Source: Octopus vulgaris
Lineage: Eukaryota
Length of the DNA stretch: 64,000 nucleotides
NCBI GenBank assembly: GCA_951406725.2
Contig: OX597815.1
Location: 118,420,001-118,484,000 of the forward strand
Direction: 5' to 3'
Notes under the pieces: model-generated
Seen by the model: only the letters and a program-made list of their open reading frames with translations
Told to the model about the DNA's origin: nothing
Database searches by the model: none
Shown here: positions 25,416 through 39,488 of the stretch, one piece after another
Layout: every line of letters begins with the position of its first letter
How positions within the stretch are numbered: the stretch's first letter is position 1
Position numbers and translations under genes: made by a program

Positions 25416-27892
25416 CCTTCTGTCTATTAATGGGTCCAATGAACCCATTTCAGTTTTTTCAGTTGCTTTTTCCTACTATTCATATTATTTGATTCTGCTG
25501 GTTTCTCGTGACTATTTCTTCTTGACTCTCTTTTATTTGTCAAATGGGAAATTCTCCGTATCTTTATAAAAACTATAAAATTTCACTTTATACATTTATT
25601 ATCGTTTGGGTCCATTGGACCTTCGAATTAAATTCAGACAATACTCTTGTCCTTCTAAACAGAATAAAATCAGTATCAAATATTATTTTCTTAGATATTT
25701 ATCAGATATAAAACAGATAAAATTCTATTCGATTTATTTGCTGAATTTTAGATAAAATAGAAAAAATTATGAAAATATTCCTGCAGATTTGTGTGGTATT
25801 GCATCACCTTCAGACTGCTCGGTTATAGGGTGGTGTAATATTTCTATGTGATTACACAATTATTACAACATATCGCATCATCTTTTAGGAGAGTATAAAT
25901 ATGTGAGAGCAATATCTGCCTTTAGTCTGCTGTCAAGTTTTATATAGTTCAGTTGTGCTTTCTAGTATGCCTAGACGTGAAAACTTGAGTGAAGACCAAA
26001 TATCGAAAAGGTTATTGGAATTAGATGAAGAATGGGAAGAAGATCGTAGTGATTCCTTCTGTTGCTCTGAAGATGATGGTGAAAGTGATTGTGTACTGGA
26101 CAGTTTAGGTTCTGTGTCATCAGGTGATGAAGATACTCTAAAACAATTAACTGCAAGCCACCCAATTATGAATGAGTAATATGTTTCTAGAGACAGACAA
26201 AATGTTTGGCCTTCTAATCCTCTTACTCGAGCAGCAGTAAGAACTTCATCTTGCAATATTGTGCGCCAAGAATGTGGACCATCCCGTTTTATTAAAAGGT
26301 CTTGCGATTGCATTGAAACATGTTTTACTATCTTTATGTGCCAGAATCTTCTTGAAGTAATTCTTCAAGGTCAGGTTGTTTACAAAGATAAATGGAAGGA
26401 AATTCATCACTCTGAACTAAAGAAATTTATTGGACTGATTATTCTTGTAGATGTTTATAAATCTAAACATGAAAACATGATAACAGTTATGGAGTCAAGA
26501 AGATGACCGTCCAATATTCAACAAAATTATGAGCCGGGGAAGATTTCAACAGATTTTACAAATATTGCGTTTTGATGACGTTAGTGCAAGAAGGAAAAAG
26601 AGAAGTGATGATAAATTGGAGCCCATAAGAGAAGTATTTGAAATGTGGAATTAGAATTTGCAAGATAAATATGTTCCAAGTTCATGCATGACAGTTGATG
26701 AACAATTAGTTTCATTCAGAGGGTGCTGCCCATTCCGGGTATGTATTCCTTCAAAACCAGGGAAATATGGAATTAAAATGTGGGCAATATGCGGCAGTGA
26801 AACATCTTATGCCTGGAAAATGCAAATCTACATTGGAAAAGACCCAGTAAAAGGGAGAGAGACAAATCAAGGTTCAAGAGTTGTTGAATACCTAGTAAAA
26901 GAACTTGGAAAATACTGGTTGCAATATAACTTGTGATAATTGTTTTACAAGTGTAGGATTAGCTCGAAAGCTGCTTAGAAAGAAAGCTACTTTGGTTGAA
27001 ACAATTAGAAAGAACAGAGTTGAACTTCCAAGTGCTTTCACAAATGGAAAAGAAAGAGAAATCAACAGCACAATATTTGGATTTCAAAAGGATTCTATGA
27101 TCCTATCTTATTGTCCCAAGAAAAATTATGTAGTCACACTTATGAGTACAATGCACTCTCAGCCTTCAATTGATTCAAAAAGTGCTGAAAAGAAACCTGG
27201 AGTTATTACATGTTACAACAAAACAAAAAGAGGAGTAGAAACCCTAGATGAGATGGTAAGGACATACACTTGCAAAAGAATGACTCGGAGATGGACTATG
27301 GTTATATTCTACAACATGATTGACAAGTGCAGTGGATACTTTTATTGTTGCTAAACAGCTTCATTGCAAAGTGTCATGGATAAATGAAGACAGAGCCTAA
27401 TTCATTTACGAAAGGAACTTGTTAGAGTTAATGCTAAACAAGAACATGACAAACAATCTTCTACTACCACTAACATTTCTCAACAAAACAAGAAAAGAAG
27501 ACGACTTTCAGCCTCATTTGAGATTCCTCAGTCAAAGAAAAAAGGAAAATGTTCTTTGTGTAGCCCCCCAAAAAGACAGAAATACTTGTACTACATGTAA
27601 GAATTATAATATCCATGTTTGCCAAGAACATACCAATGTTGACTGCATTCAATACCATAAAAAGATGTAATTCTGTATTTTTGTAATTCCTTTAATTTAA
27701 AACACATTCTATAAGCTGTATTTTTAAAATTAAAATTTGTGAGAAACAGCAATTCTTTATTCACCTGATAGCATATATAATGTAGCTAAGAAATAGTGGT
27801 AGTTTGAATAAAATTTACTTAAAAGAAAAATATTGGGTCCATAGGACCCAGTTGGTAATTAGTGACATGCACTTTCTCTGGTAGACCAAAGG
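25416..27892 (+). mobile_element. full-length decayed piggyBac transposon
   Basis: TTAA at 25412-25415 and 27893-27896; TIRs CCTTCTGTCTA / TAGACCAAAGG; subterminal TGGGTCCA..GACCCA motifs near both ends. Confidence 0.9.
25967..27670 (+). pseudogene. piggyBac DDD transposase pseudogene
   Basis: Acidic N-terminus; TVDEQLVSFRGCC..IPSKPGKYGIK; ITCDNCFTS; YNKTKRGVETLDEM..Y..KR.TRRW; Cys-rich C-terminus; multiple stops and frameshifts. Confidence 0.92.
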
Positions 27893-28034
27893 TTAAGCAG
27901 CAGACTAATACAACTATTACTTTAATACTCTGGTGGTTGGAGTTGGCTATTTGCTGAATGCAGTGGTTCCTGGGGACATGCAATTTATTCTAAGGGCCAC
28001 GCAAAGGTAAAAAGGTTGAGAAACACTAATCATT

Positions 28035-28385
28035 TACATTGTTTGGGGGGCGGGTAGCTTTGGCTACTATGTTGATATCATCCACATTGCGGAAGTACAT
28101 GGTAAGGGTTATGGATTTCTCTGTTAATTTCTGTTTGAATCTCCTATCCCACCATAAATAGATTAGCCACATCGCCAGCGATACTGACACCGATGGCTGC
28201 ACTTTGCTCTTGGGCGTATATTCTGTTATTCAACTTATGTGGCCCTTGAGTGTAATTTTGGTGTTCGCACCCACCGCATGTACGATCTTCTTTTTAACCC
28301 GATCATCGTTATCAGGGACCTTTATAGCTCTGGTCCACCCGTTCCATCTCTCTTTAGGAGTCTTCTTGGCCATGAAATTATATAT
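28035..28385 (-). pseudogene. fragment of a divergent Penelope-like reverse transcriptase
   Basis: Frameshifted translation IYAQEQSAAIGVSIAGDVANLFMV..DRRFKQKL...MYFRNVDDINIV (RT motifs B and C); not in the ORF track. Confidence 0.65.
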
Positions 28386-29386
28386 TTATTAAGCATAATT
28401 TATTTTATCTTTTCTTTTTTTTTTTTTTTTGGTAAACTTGCTACAGTTGGCAAACCCAGCGGCTTTTTACAGCAAAACGGTCTTTATTTTATTTTATTTT
28501 ATTTTATTTTATCATTCTCTCCTAATGGGGCCTTGTATGACTTTTTGCGGGGCCTCTAAAGCTGGTGAGAGGAACGAAAGGGGAAATTACAACATATAGA
28601 TTGTTATAATACGAAGCATGGCATCAGGATAATTAATTATTCTCAGATCAAAAATCTAGTCCGAAATGCTTAGCATGGTTGTGTAGTTATGAACCGTGCT
28701 TCGCAACTACGCGGTTTCAGCTTCAATCTCACTGTGCAACACCTTGGGTAAGTGCCTTCTACTATAGCCCCGAGTTGGCTTGTGAGTGAATTTCGTAGAT
28801 TGCAACTGTTTGGAAGCCAGTCGCATATGTGTGTGCGTTTGTATTTATCCCATACTATTGCTTGACAACCGGTGTTGGTTTGTTTATGTCCCCATCGCTT
28901 AGCAATTCGGCAAAAGCGGCCGATGGAATAAGACCCAGACTGCTTGTTAAAAAAATAATTGGAGTCGATTTGCTCATTTAAATCCTTGAAGTGGCTGCCG
29001 CAGCGTGGCCGCTGTCCAATGACTGAAACAAGTTACAGATAAGAGATAAACTCACTGAACTCTGCTAAAAGCACCCAAAGGCAAAATACTTTTTAATGTC
29101 CTGTATATTTACTAAACTTGAGAAGAAAACACTGGAAGACTTCCCACTTCCTTTCTTATGTAAGATGTGTTACACATTGAAGTCACTTTCTGCTGCCAAC
29201 AATGATTGCCTCGACAATCTGTTTACGTAATAAAATCTCTTTTCTCCCTCTGTACCTTGACGACATTCAGCTTTGTGTTGGCAGTCGTCTTTTACGTTGC
29301 TTCTCTTTACGCCCTTAATTCATCACGAATGTCTATTTATAGTGTTTAAACTGTCTTGCGTGCATGACTGGAAGGGGAGAGAGAGC

Positions 29387-29461
<75 letters not shown>

Positions 29462-30515
29462 GAAGGTAGAAGAAAAAAAGACGAAGAAGAATTGATACCA
29501 CTCACCAACCACCAAGCATAGTTTGTCTTATCAGATATTTCACAAACTCAAGCTAACGCGATACTCTTTGAGTGACAGCAACAACCTACATATTTCTTGG
29601 ATCATTCTATCAGAAGGGTAAATATCACAACACTCATTCACAGAACCATCTCACATGCTTCAATAATAACCACGAAAATAGAATTGTCTTCTTCCAGTGG
29701 ACCTAACCAGTCGAGACAACAATATTCAGAAATAACTAATGAAGAGATTTGTGGCTTTTAATAACAACTGCTACTCTAACTTCTTTATCATTATTCACTA
29801 GAAGGAAGGTGACACGCTGGCAAAATCATCAGCATGCCGGTTAAAATTCCTGGCGGCATTTCGTCCGTCTTCATGTTCTAGGTTCAAATTCTGCAGAGGT
29901 CAACTTTACCTTTTCATCCTTTCGGTGCCATCGATGTAACCGACTTACCCCATTCACCCCATTGTGCCAAAATCTGAAACCATTATTAACTAGAAGCTTA
30001 TAAGGTGGTGAGCTGGTAAAATTGTTAGTACGCTGGACGAAATGTTTAGCGGCATATCGTTCATATTTACGTTGCGTGCTGAAATGTCGTCGAGGTCGAC
30101 TGTGCCTTTCATTCTTTCGGGGTCAATAAAATAAGTACCAGTTAAATACTGGGGTCGATGTAATCGACTAATCCCCTTGCTGGTCTTGTGACAAAACTTG
30201 AAACTATTATTAACAAAAGAGGCTTTTAAAGCGGCGAGCTGGCAAAATTGTTTGTACGCCGCACAAAATGCTTTGCGACATTTCGTTCGTTTTTATGTTG
30301 TGTGCTTAAATGCCGCCGAAGTTGACTTTGCCTTTCCTTCAGGCATACCTTGTGTCGAAATTAGAAAATAGATTATTAAGACGCACAAAGTCCAGTAAAG
30401 GAGCTTCTACGAGATCACTCGGTTTGTTAAAAATAGTAACCAAATGCTCTTAACGAACAACTTACCGTCTTAAAAAGAACACATTGTTTAATATGAAACA
30501 TGTTTTCTTACATAT

Positions 30516-30960
30516 TTTGTTGTACCTCAGGAAAATCATTATGTCACTAATAAACATATGCACCGGTTCTATTTCTTCTCCGAATTTTTGTTTATTATAT
30601 GGTCAGCTATTTAACCAATTAACTGATGGATTTTTGATTAATTTTTCAGCAAGTCAATCAGTGAGTTTTGTTAAGGTCCTTTCGTTACCATTCGCTACCT
30701 TATCAATTCATGCCCTCTCTCCAGCAGATCTGGGGTAGAGAGCGTTTCAGTGATGAGGTTCCGAATGGCGATGCAAGAACTTTGACAAAACTAACAACCT
30801 GGCTGATTGTTTGACTGACTGAACGATTAATCAAACAATAAATTAGTTAATTGGTTAAATAATTAACCAGCTGATTATAAAATAAATAAAAATGAAGAAG
30901 TGAAATAGAACCAGTTCATGTGTTTACTGTGGTATAATGACCCACCAGAGGTACAACAAA
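30516..30960. mobile_element. old fold-back MITE (whole element an imperfect palindrome)
   Basis: TTGTTGTACCTC / GAGGTACAACAA; GGTTCTATTTC / GAAATAGAACC; TATTTAACCAATTAACT / AGTTAATTGGTTAAATA. Confidence 0.7.
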
Positions 30961-30969
30961 AGAACTAGG

Positions 30970-32297
30970 GGATCTTTTCATTTTCAAGGCCTGATTTGTC
31001 AGATTTTTCCTACTTAACCAAACAATTTGAAACTTCGTATACTGGTAGAATGTGTCAAAAGAAAACATAATTGTAAACCAGAATGAAAACGGAATTTTAA
31101 TTTCTAAGTTTAATGTTGTTTAATAATTAGAATTTTAACCAATGGTATTCGGTCTTTCGGCTTCATATTATTTACTCCGTCTCAATAGACGTAAACGGCT
31201 ATTTTGCTGACGTAGTTAACATAAGTGAAATGTAAACACCCGGTTACCGTATTCCTTTCGTTTTTATTCACATTTTTTTAATATATAACTTATATATTAT
31301 ATAACTAACTTAGTTTTTCTAAATTTTCGTATATTTTTTGTGATTTTTATTCCTTACTTTATTCGTGTAATTTTTATTTCTGTAACTTTTTATCTTTGGC
31401 AATCTTTCGTTTGTAGTAGACCTTTCCGTGATAACTGAAATTTTTTACTCGGTGTATGTGTATATGTATGTATGCATGTATGTGTGTGTGTGTGTATGTA
31501 TCTATGTATGTGTGTGTGTGTATGTGTATGTATGTATGTGTATGTATGTGTGTGTGTGTATGTATGTATGGCCGATTCAGTGTTTACATTATTTCGAGTT
31601 AAAACGAAAGATTACCTTTGCTTTGTAGAAAATAATGAGGTTGACTCAATGGAATAATGACAGTGATCGAAGATATAGACAAAATTTCTTTTGGTAATCT
31701 TTCGTTTTAACTCGAAATAATGTAAACACTGAATCGGCCATACATACACACACACACACATACATACACACACATACATACACATACATACACACACACA
31801 CACACACACATAGATACATACACACACACATACATGCATACATACATATACACATACACCGAGCAAAACATTTCAGTTATCTCTCTCTTTCACACATTAC
31901 TCTCTCTGTCTCTTCACACACACTAACAGAAGTACTTGACTTACACAACATACTTTCTGTCTCCCACACCCCATCAAACACACACACACACACACACACG
32001 CACACACACACATGTACATCAATGCTACAGACCTACGCACAGCTGTCTACGTCACAAAATAGCTTTCTACGTCACACTAAGATAATGCAGTTAATTATTT
32101 CAAATGAAAACAAACAATACGATTGGTTAAAATTCGCAGATTTAATCTACATTTAAAGTTATAAAATACATTTTCCTCAAATAAACAAGTTGAAACTAGT
32201 GTTTTCTTTTGAGACACTCTACCAGTATACGAAGTTTCAAATTATTTATAGTTAACTAGAAAAATCTGACAATCAGGCCTTGAAAATGAAAAGATCC
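30970..32297. mobile_element. non-autonomous DNA transposon with long TIRs (GGATCTTTTCATTTTCAAGGCCTGAT...) and perfect 8-bp TSD GAACTAGG
   Basis: TIRs ~30970-31150 and ~32120-32297; TSD 30962-30969 and 32298-32305; superfamily unresolved (Merlin, MULE or other 8-bp-TSD type). Confidence 0.85.
31430..31881. repeat. internal inverted duplication, arms 31430-31616 and 31693-31881
   Basis: GGCCGATTCAGTGTTTACATTATTTCGAGTTAAAACGAAAGATTACC exactly mirrored; microsatellite part also mirrored. Confidence 0.92.
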
Positions 32298-33272
32298 GAA
32301 CTAGGTAATCTTGCCAAATTTGGATGTATTAGTACGAACTTGACATTCAGTATAAAACTTAAGGGACGTAGCAGCCAACTAAATAACACAGTAGTCGAGA
32401 ACGGAAGTGATCTAACATAATAAATGTATACGCACAATAACATTTTAATAGAAAATACAAAAATCAGCTTATGATTACCGCTTTAGAATTCAAAAATTCT
32501 AACATTACTTACACGTGATGACTACTACAAATCACAGTGGAACCTCAGTTTAAGAATTTAATTCGTTCCTAAAAGCAGTTCGTCACTCGAAATGTTCTCT
32601 TTTGTTACCAACCCGGCTGAAACCGGTTATGGCTCTGTTGTACAAATGTCTTGTTTTCTTAAGGTTTCAATTAAAATCTTCCACCAAACCTTAGTCACAA
32701 TTTATGTTCCCAACACAAGTTTAGTGATAACTAAGTTATTTTACTAAATTTTTTGTTATATATAAAGTAATTGAAAGAAACACAGAACATCTCAAAATAA
32801 ATACAGTAACGAAAGGGTTACCGAAACTATTTTTCTCATAGGAAATTCGAGAGAAGGCACGGCGAATTCAAACAGTGATGTACACTGAACCAAGGCTAGA
32901 CAGCTTTTGACGCTCTCCCGCTGATACACCCAGCTTGTGACCAACTGTTGTTGTCGGCTTCCATGTTCGTTACTCGAGACACCGTTCGTCATCCGTGACG
33001 TTTTATGTTCGAAAACTTGCTCGAAACAGATTTGATCGTGATGAACGACGTTGGTAAACCGAGGTTCCACTGTAATTAAGATGACTTAATCACCGTTTTA
33101 TAGTATATTTTATAAGTATGAAACATTACGCATTAGATCTCGGGGCTGCTAACATTGCTTGCACGTAATAATTATTAATTAAGCTGCTTGCTCAGCTTCT
33201 ACGCCACTTCCGTTTTCTACCGGATGTCAAGTTCATACAAATATATCTGAATCCTGCCAGATTACCAAGTAC
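32298..33272. mobile_element. older MITE with ~80-bp degenerate TIRs
   Basis: GAACTAGGTAATCTTGC...GAACTTGACAT...CGTAGCAGC mirrored by GCTTCTACG...ATGTCAAGTTC...GATTACCAAGTAC. Confidence 0.6.
32535..33072. mobile_element. Tc1/mariner (pogo/Tigger-like) MITE
   Basis: TIRs CAGTGGAACCTCAGTTTA / TAAACCGAGGTTCCACTG, followed by TA on the right. Confidence 0.8.
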
Positions 33273-33749
33273 AATAATGAATCGTGAATACCTATTTCTT
33301 TATTACCCACAAGGGGCTAAACACAGAGAGGACAAACAAGGACAGACATAGGTATTAAGTCAATTACATCGACCCCAGTGAGTAACTGGTACTTAATTTA
33401 TCGACCCCGAAAGGATGAAAGGCAAAGACGACCTCGGCGGAATTTGAACTCAGAATGTAACGGCAGACGAAATACGGCTGCGCATTTCGCCCGGCGTGCT
33501 AACGATTCTGCCAGCTCGAGAGAACTAACTAGAAAGTGCTTTTAACAAAACCAAAACAATGCGGGGGAAGATACAAAAATAGACATAAGTAAAACCAAAG
33601 ATCACCTAAATTAGAGTGAACATATTCAATATTTTGTGTGTATAAAAAATTAATTGGAAAGTAATTCATGAGGTGTGGAAAAGACATTGTCTTGATAATG
33701 AATACTACCTATTTCAGCAAATATAGGAGACAACACAAAACAACAATAG

Positions 33750-33806
33750 CAACGACGACGACGACGACCACCACCACCACCACTGCCGCCGCCACCGCCA
33801 CCGCTG

Positions 33807-33862
<56 letters not shown>

Positions 33863-33895
33863 ACTACTACTACTGCTGCTACCACAACCACCAAC

Positions 33896-33927
<32 letters not shown>

Positions 33928-34148
33928 CACTACTACCACCACCACCACCACTACTGCTGTACGTGGTCACTCGACCTGCTAGAAATAAGAGCCAAACCGC
34001 TTTCAAGTCACTCCTTCAGTCTTAAGAAAGGAAGGACAGTCTGGATAATGTAATATTGGATGTACCTAGAATACGAGATGGTTATGGCTGGAACGCCTTC
34101 GATCAGTGTTGACTTAAGGGCTAAATAAAAACACCACCACCGCAATTG

Positions 34149-34179
<31 letters not shown>

Positions 34180-34292
34180 CACTACTACTACTTATGATAA
34201 TGATAATGATGATGACAATGATGACGACGCTGATGATGGTAGTGGTGATGATGATGACGACGCTGATGATGGTAGTGGTGATGATGATGACG
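33750..34292. repeat. compound trinucleotide microsatellites (ACG/ACC/GCC/ACT/GCT; GAT)
   Basis: Seen directly; source of the poly-T/A/S/V/M pseudo-ORFs. Confidence 0.95.
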
Positions 34293-35436
34293 ATATGTGT
34301 AAACAAGTTGTTACACATTGTAACACAAAGGCTAGTGCAATCAGTGTAACTACAGACAAAACAATTTTCAACGCCGTCATTCACGAAGAGCCAAATCCAA
34401 GTCAGAGTTACAATTCGTGATTAAAAGTCATGTAACACCATATATAACACGCTGACGTCATTAGCTGGGTCAAACATATTCCCCTCTCCACATTTTCTCG
34501 TGGATAACCTTTTGCAAGAAACAGGTCGCAAGAGACGTGACTCATCAGCAAGTGGACCGCACTACTAAATATTCAAGGTAAATTTTTTTTGTTGGGAATG
34601 CCAGTCAGTAAGCCCCGCCGACCACAGTTTGTCTATGACTGGTTTAAACTTTGCCTCTTTCATTTCTGTTGCTCTCAGTAAAATATATTTACGGAACTTA
34701 AAGTAGTGATGCGTTTCATCCGGGTTAATTACTGGTGTAACGAAAAGACACCCTAACAAAATATAAAACACTAAATGAAGTTTTTATTCTTTCATTAGGG
34801 TCTAATTTTCCTCCTCCCCCTCCTCATCGTTTTTCTTCTACTACTTCTTTCTCTCTTCTTTTTATTTTGTCTTCCTCTGATTCTTAATGCTCGAATAATC
34901 AATTAAAAATTATTTTTATCCATTTGCATCTGACGTGTTAAGGTCAAGTAAATTTCAACAAAAGTTCAACAAAAATATTTCATCCTCTTTCACAGTGCCG
35001 GACTCTCTATTTATATTTTCCTAGTGACGGACAAGTGACTGACAGAGGTCATCGTGGTTTAGCCCTAAAATCATACGTTATTCGCGGAAAGCAATTTCAC
35101 CTTCACTGACAGTTTTATTTATGCTTTCTTTACCCCTATCGAGTAGGTACCACATGTTCAATTCGAGGATCTAATTAATTAATGTCCGTTTGTTCTTGTT
35201 TTGAGATGTGAACTTCTCTTTGTTTAAACAGTTGGGTGCAGTTTCTTGAGGGCAGAATATCAAATAAGACACAAAAACACACACAGTACTATATACTAAT
35301 GGGAAAATCAGATATTGCGTTCTATGTAGTTTCTTTTCTGGAAACACACTGTACAGAGATTTAACTATTGAAGCATGTAGTTGTCGCTGTTTTCTTTCGA
35401 GGGTCCTCATTGAATAGGTCAATATTCTCATTAAAT

Positions 35437-35850
35437 GGCAGCGAACTGGCAGAAATGTTAGCACGCCAGGCGAAATGCTTAGCAGTATTTCGTCTGTCGC
35501 TACGTTCTGAGTTCAAATTCTGCCGAGATCAACTTTGCCTTTCATCCTTTCGGGGTCGATTAGATAAGTGCTAGTTACGCACTGGGGTCGATATAATCGA
35601 CTTGATCCGTTTGTTTGTCCTTGTTTGTTCTCTCTGTGTTTATCCCCTTGTGGGTAGTAAAGAAATAGAAATAGGTATTTCGTCTGCCGCTACGTTCTGA
35701 GTTCAAATTCCGCCGGGGTCTACTTTGCCTTTCATCCTTTCGGGGTCGATTAAATAAGTACCAGTTACGCACTGGGGTCGATGTAATCGACTTAGTCCTT
35801 TTGTCTGTCCCCCCCCCTCTATGTTTAGCCCCTTGTGGGCAATAGAAAAT
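35437..35850 (+). mobile_element. SINE family B head-to-tail dimer inside one 15-bp TSD
   Basis: Full copy then headless copy from ~35676; AATATTCTCATTAAA (35421-35435) and AATGTTCTCATTAAA (35853-35867). Confidence 0.8.
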
Positions 35851-38800
35851 TAAATGTTCTCATTAAACTGCTTTGTCTTTCCCGGTAAGTTCTACTAACA
35901 GGTTATGAGAGTAATTGGATTGAATTGCCTATGTTCAGTCCACTGCAGGACGAAGGCCTCAACATGTTCTCTCCACCAAACCACGATCCGATGTGGAGGC
36001 CGTGAATTTGAGCTTAAGATCATGCTGGTTTGGCGAACTTACTCTGCCACACTGGCTTCACAGAGGAGTGCAGTTTCTTTTGTCTTTATACTCATACCCA
36101 GGAGTAGTCAAGTCGATTACATCGATAAATACTGATATTTAACTGGTACTTATTTTATCGACATCAAAATGATAAAAGGCTAAGTAGATATCAGCGGAAT
36201 TTGAATTAGATGAAATACCGCCAAGCATTTCGCCCAATATACTAACGATTCTGGCAGCTTGCTGCCTTTCTTCTAGTTAATAATGGTTACAAAATTGGCC
36301 GACGTATTGCTTTATAGGCTCCTGAGAAAAGCAATGAACTAGGGCTCCTACATACGATATCACAACATACATAGTTTAGTACTAGGGCTTCTAGGCCCAT
36401 GGAGCTTTTGAGTAACTACCCAATGCGTCAATACTTTAAGACGGTACTAGTACAATAGTAGTGCAGCTGGTGGGGAAGAGGGAGCAGTCCGCCTCGGTTG
36501 ACGCTTTTATGGGGGAAGCACATTTGAGTTTGCTGCATAAGCCAGTATAGGCTAAGGAGCTTGGGGGAAGATGGGCGCGCAAACTCAAGGGTTTCCGCGA
36601 GCAGCACACACAGTAGTTGTGCCACTGGGGTACAAACTAGAATGGGCCGCAACTATACCAACATATTTGCTGATTATCTTGAAGCTCAAAATTTCGCCCA
36701 ATACACTGTTTTTAACTTTCAGCTATATGATCGTACCACAGATGCCATTTCACTCACCACAAGGCAGTTCCCTTCCTTCATTTCTTTGTGAAAATTAGCT
36801 GAGTGTTGAAACTCTTTGAATACCTCAAACCAGGCGAAACAACTCGCTCCGAAAGGGATCGAGAATGGTGGATTTGGCAGTATTTTGGCTGTATTTTGCA
36901 GCTCCTCAGCACCGTGTACTCGAGCCGCCTCGGGACGAATTGCGATCGCTGGTTTGTGGTGTATATGCAAATAGTGTAGAGTGTATTTACTGATGTGCAA
37001 CTGCGCTGCACAGGGAAAACAAAATCAATCTATGCATTATGAACAGATCTAATCTTCTTTTCTACTCTAGGCAGGAGGCCCAAAATTTTTTGAGGGGAGG
37101 GGATAGTCGATTAAATCGACCCTAGTATGCAACTGGTACTTAATTTATCGACCCTGAAAGGATGAAAGGTAATGTCGATCTCGGCGGATAAGTAAGCATT
37201 TCGTCCGGCGTGCTAACGTTTCTGCCAGCTCGCCGCCTTGAACGGCTCTAATAATGCAAATATTATTGATACCACTTATCTCGCCTAGCTTGAGATTTTC
37301 AGTGTTTTCCAGTGTTTGACTTCTTAAAGGGACATTTCCCCTGAGCTATCCCATAGCTAAGGAGCGCATAAACAAAATACATACCATAAGTATGTTGTAT
37401 CGATAATGCTTGCATTATTAGAGCTACTTATAATCTATAACTTAATATATATATTTTCAACAACAGCCTCACCTCTCCGCATTCCTTGCTTTATTTTATT
37501 TTATCTTATTTTATTTGGCTTTACAAAATTGTATTTCTACTTCAAATTTTCATCCATTCACAATGTTCATTAAAAGTACTGCTTCTTTCTGTTAACCGCA
37601 CTACCGCTGTTCTGTCGCGACATCCACCCACTCGTCAATTGCATGCATTTTACCCCTCAACTTTTTCCCCACTACTTGACCTATCCACTACATCTTGTGC
37701 AACTTCCGTTTTCTGCAGTCCAACCCTACCACTGCTCTTATCTTTTCTAAATCTTCATTCATCTTTTCTAAACGCAACTATAGAAAAAAAAGCATTTGCT
37801 TTCAAGCACATGCAAAAACTTGTAAATGCTAAAAGTATTTTTCGTTGCCATGAATAAAGAAATTTAGCAGAAGTATTATTGCTACAAGAAAAATTAATAT
37901 CATGTATTCATTCTAAAATATTTTCACCGTTTGTCAATTTTTTTTTTTTTCTAATCGGACTTCTCTATCACTTTGCATCTATATCCTGCTCATCCTTACT
38001 TTCACACATCGGAGGAAATGAATTAGGAACAGATGATCCATATCTAGTGCTGATCCGTTTTCACACGTTACGCACCAATGGTCCTTCAATTCAACAAGAG
38101 GTGCCTCGACTCTGAAACATCTTTGGTCTTGTCTCCGTTAAGTTGTCTATGCATGAATTCACCCGTCTCTTGTCTCTTAGAAAAACTTCTAACAGAATGC
38201 TTTATTCCAGAATGAGTCAACAGAGGCTTCGTCCGACACTTATTTTATGATCGCAGGAGTTCTCTGTTTGGGTATGCCACCCATAATCATCCGGTTAAAC
38301 AGTTATGATCTTGCATATGTTCTTAAATACACACACACCCATACGAAGGTGACAACTCAGGTCATTTCGCCTTAACTGTCTACAATATGCGTCATGAAGA
38401 AACATTGTCAAATAAGAACATGACAATCTATTTTTTTTCGATCCCTCCCTGTTAGTCAGCGTAGGAGTAGCTATGCGGTCGGTCATTCTGCTAGATATAG
38501 GAGTAACATCTCATTTCTCAGTTTAATCACTTGATCAGTAAAGAGCGTGGCGGGGGATGGAGAGAGAACGCTTATTTATATTTGAAAAGTTTTCTCCAAT
38601 AGTTTTTTTAATTGCAGTCTTTGATCAAATCCTCAAAATGAACCTTACGTAACACATCTGCTTCTATACTTTGCAGAGATAAGGCATCCTGAATATTATT
38701 TTAGCAAATTTAAAGCGAATTCTTTTGTGCCGTAAACTGTTTATCATTTCTGTGGCACCCCCTTCCCTTGACGCCCTAAGTACATGCTTAATTTGCTTAA

Positions 38801-39110
38801 TGGTTAATCCAGCGCTGGGTATTTAGCTGCTATCTCTAGCCGATCGAACGATTGCTTAGAGGATCTGTCCTTGGCTCCTGGCTTGGAAAAATGATGTGGG
38901 AGTGCTAGAGAAGTTAGTTGTACACAGGGTTAAAAGATAAGCAGATTGGGTAATAGAGAGATTGTATGATTAAATGGCGTCGGGAAGTAATAGAAGATAT
39001 AATGACAATGAGATAACTTCGGGAATATTTAATTATGTGACGACTATGCAAACTCGACAAAATGAACGTATTTAATAACTTTGTGATAACATCAGATTGA
39101 CAGCAATTTA

Positions 39111-39175
<65 letters not shown>

Positions 39176-39429
39176 AGTCAACAGATAACGTCAAAGTAAA
39201 TAAGAGCTTGGAAATGGATGTATGTATAGTCATGCTTTTAGTTTAACGCTATCTGTTTATAAATCAAAGCCATCCTGTATTGTTAATGGCTAACTACAAA
39301 AGAGCTGAGAACGGACGAAGATTGATACATAAACTCCTGGCAAATGTATACCCGCTTTCGATTCTTCTAAATATACGTGAGATCTTATACCTATTCCACC
39401 CACCCTTTCCCTAGAACTACGTATATATG

Positions 39430-39488
<59 letters not shown>

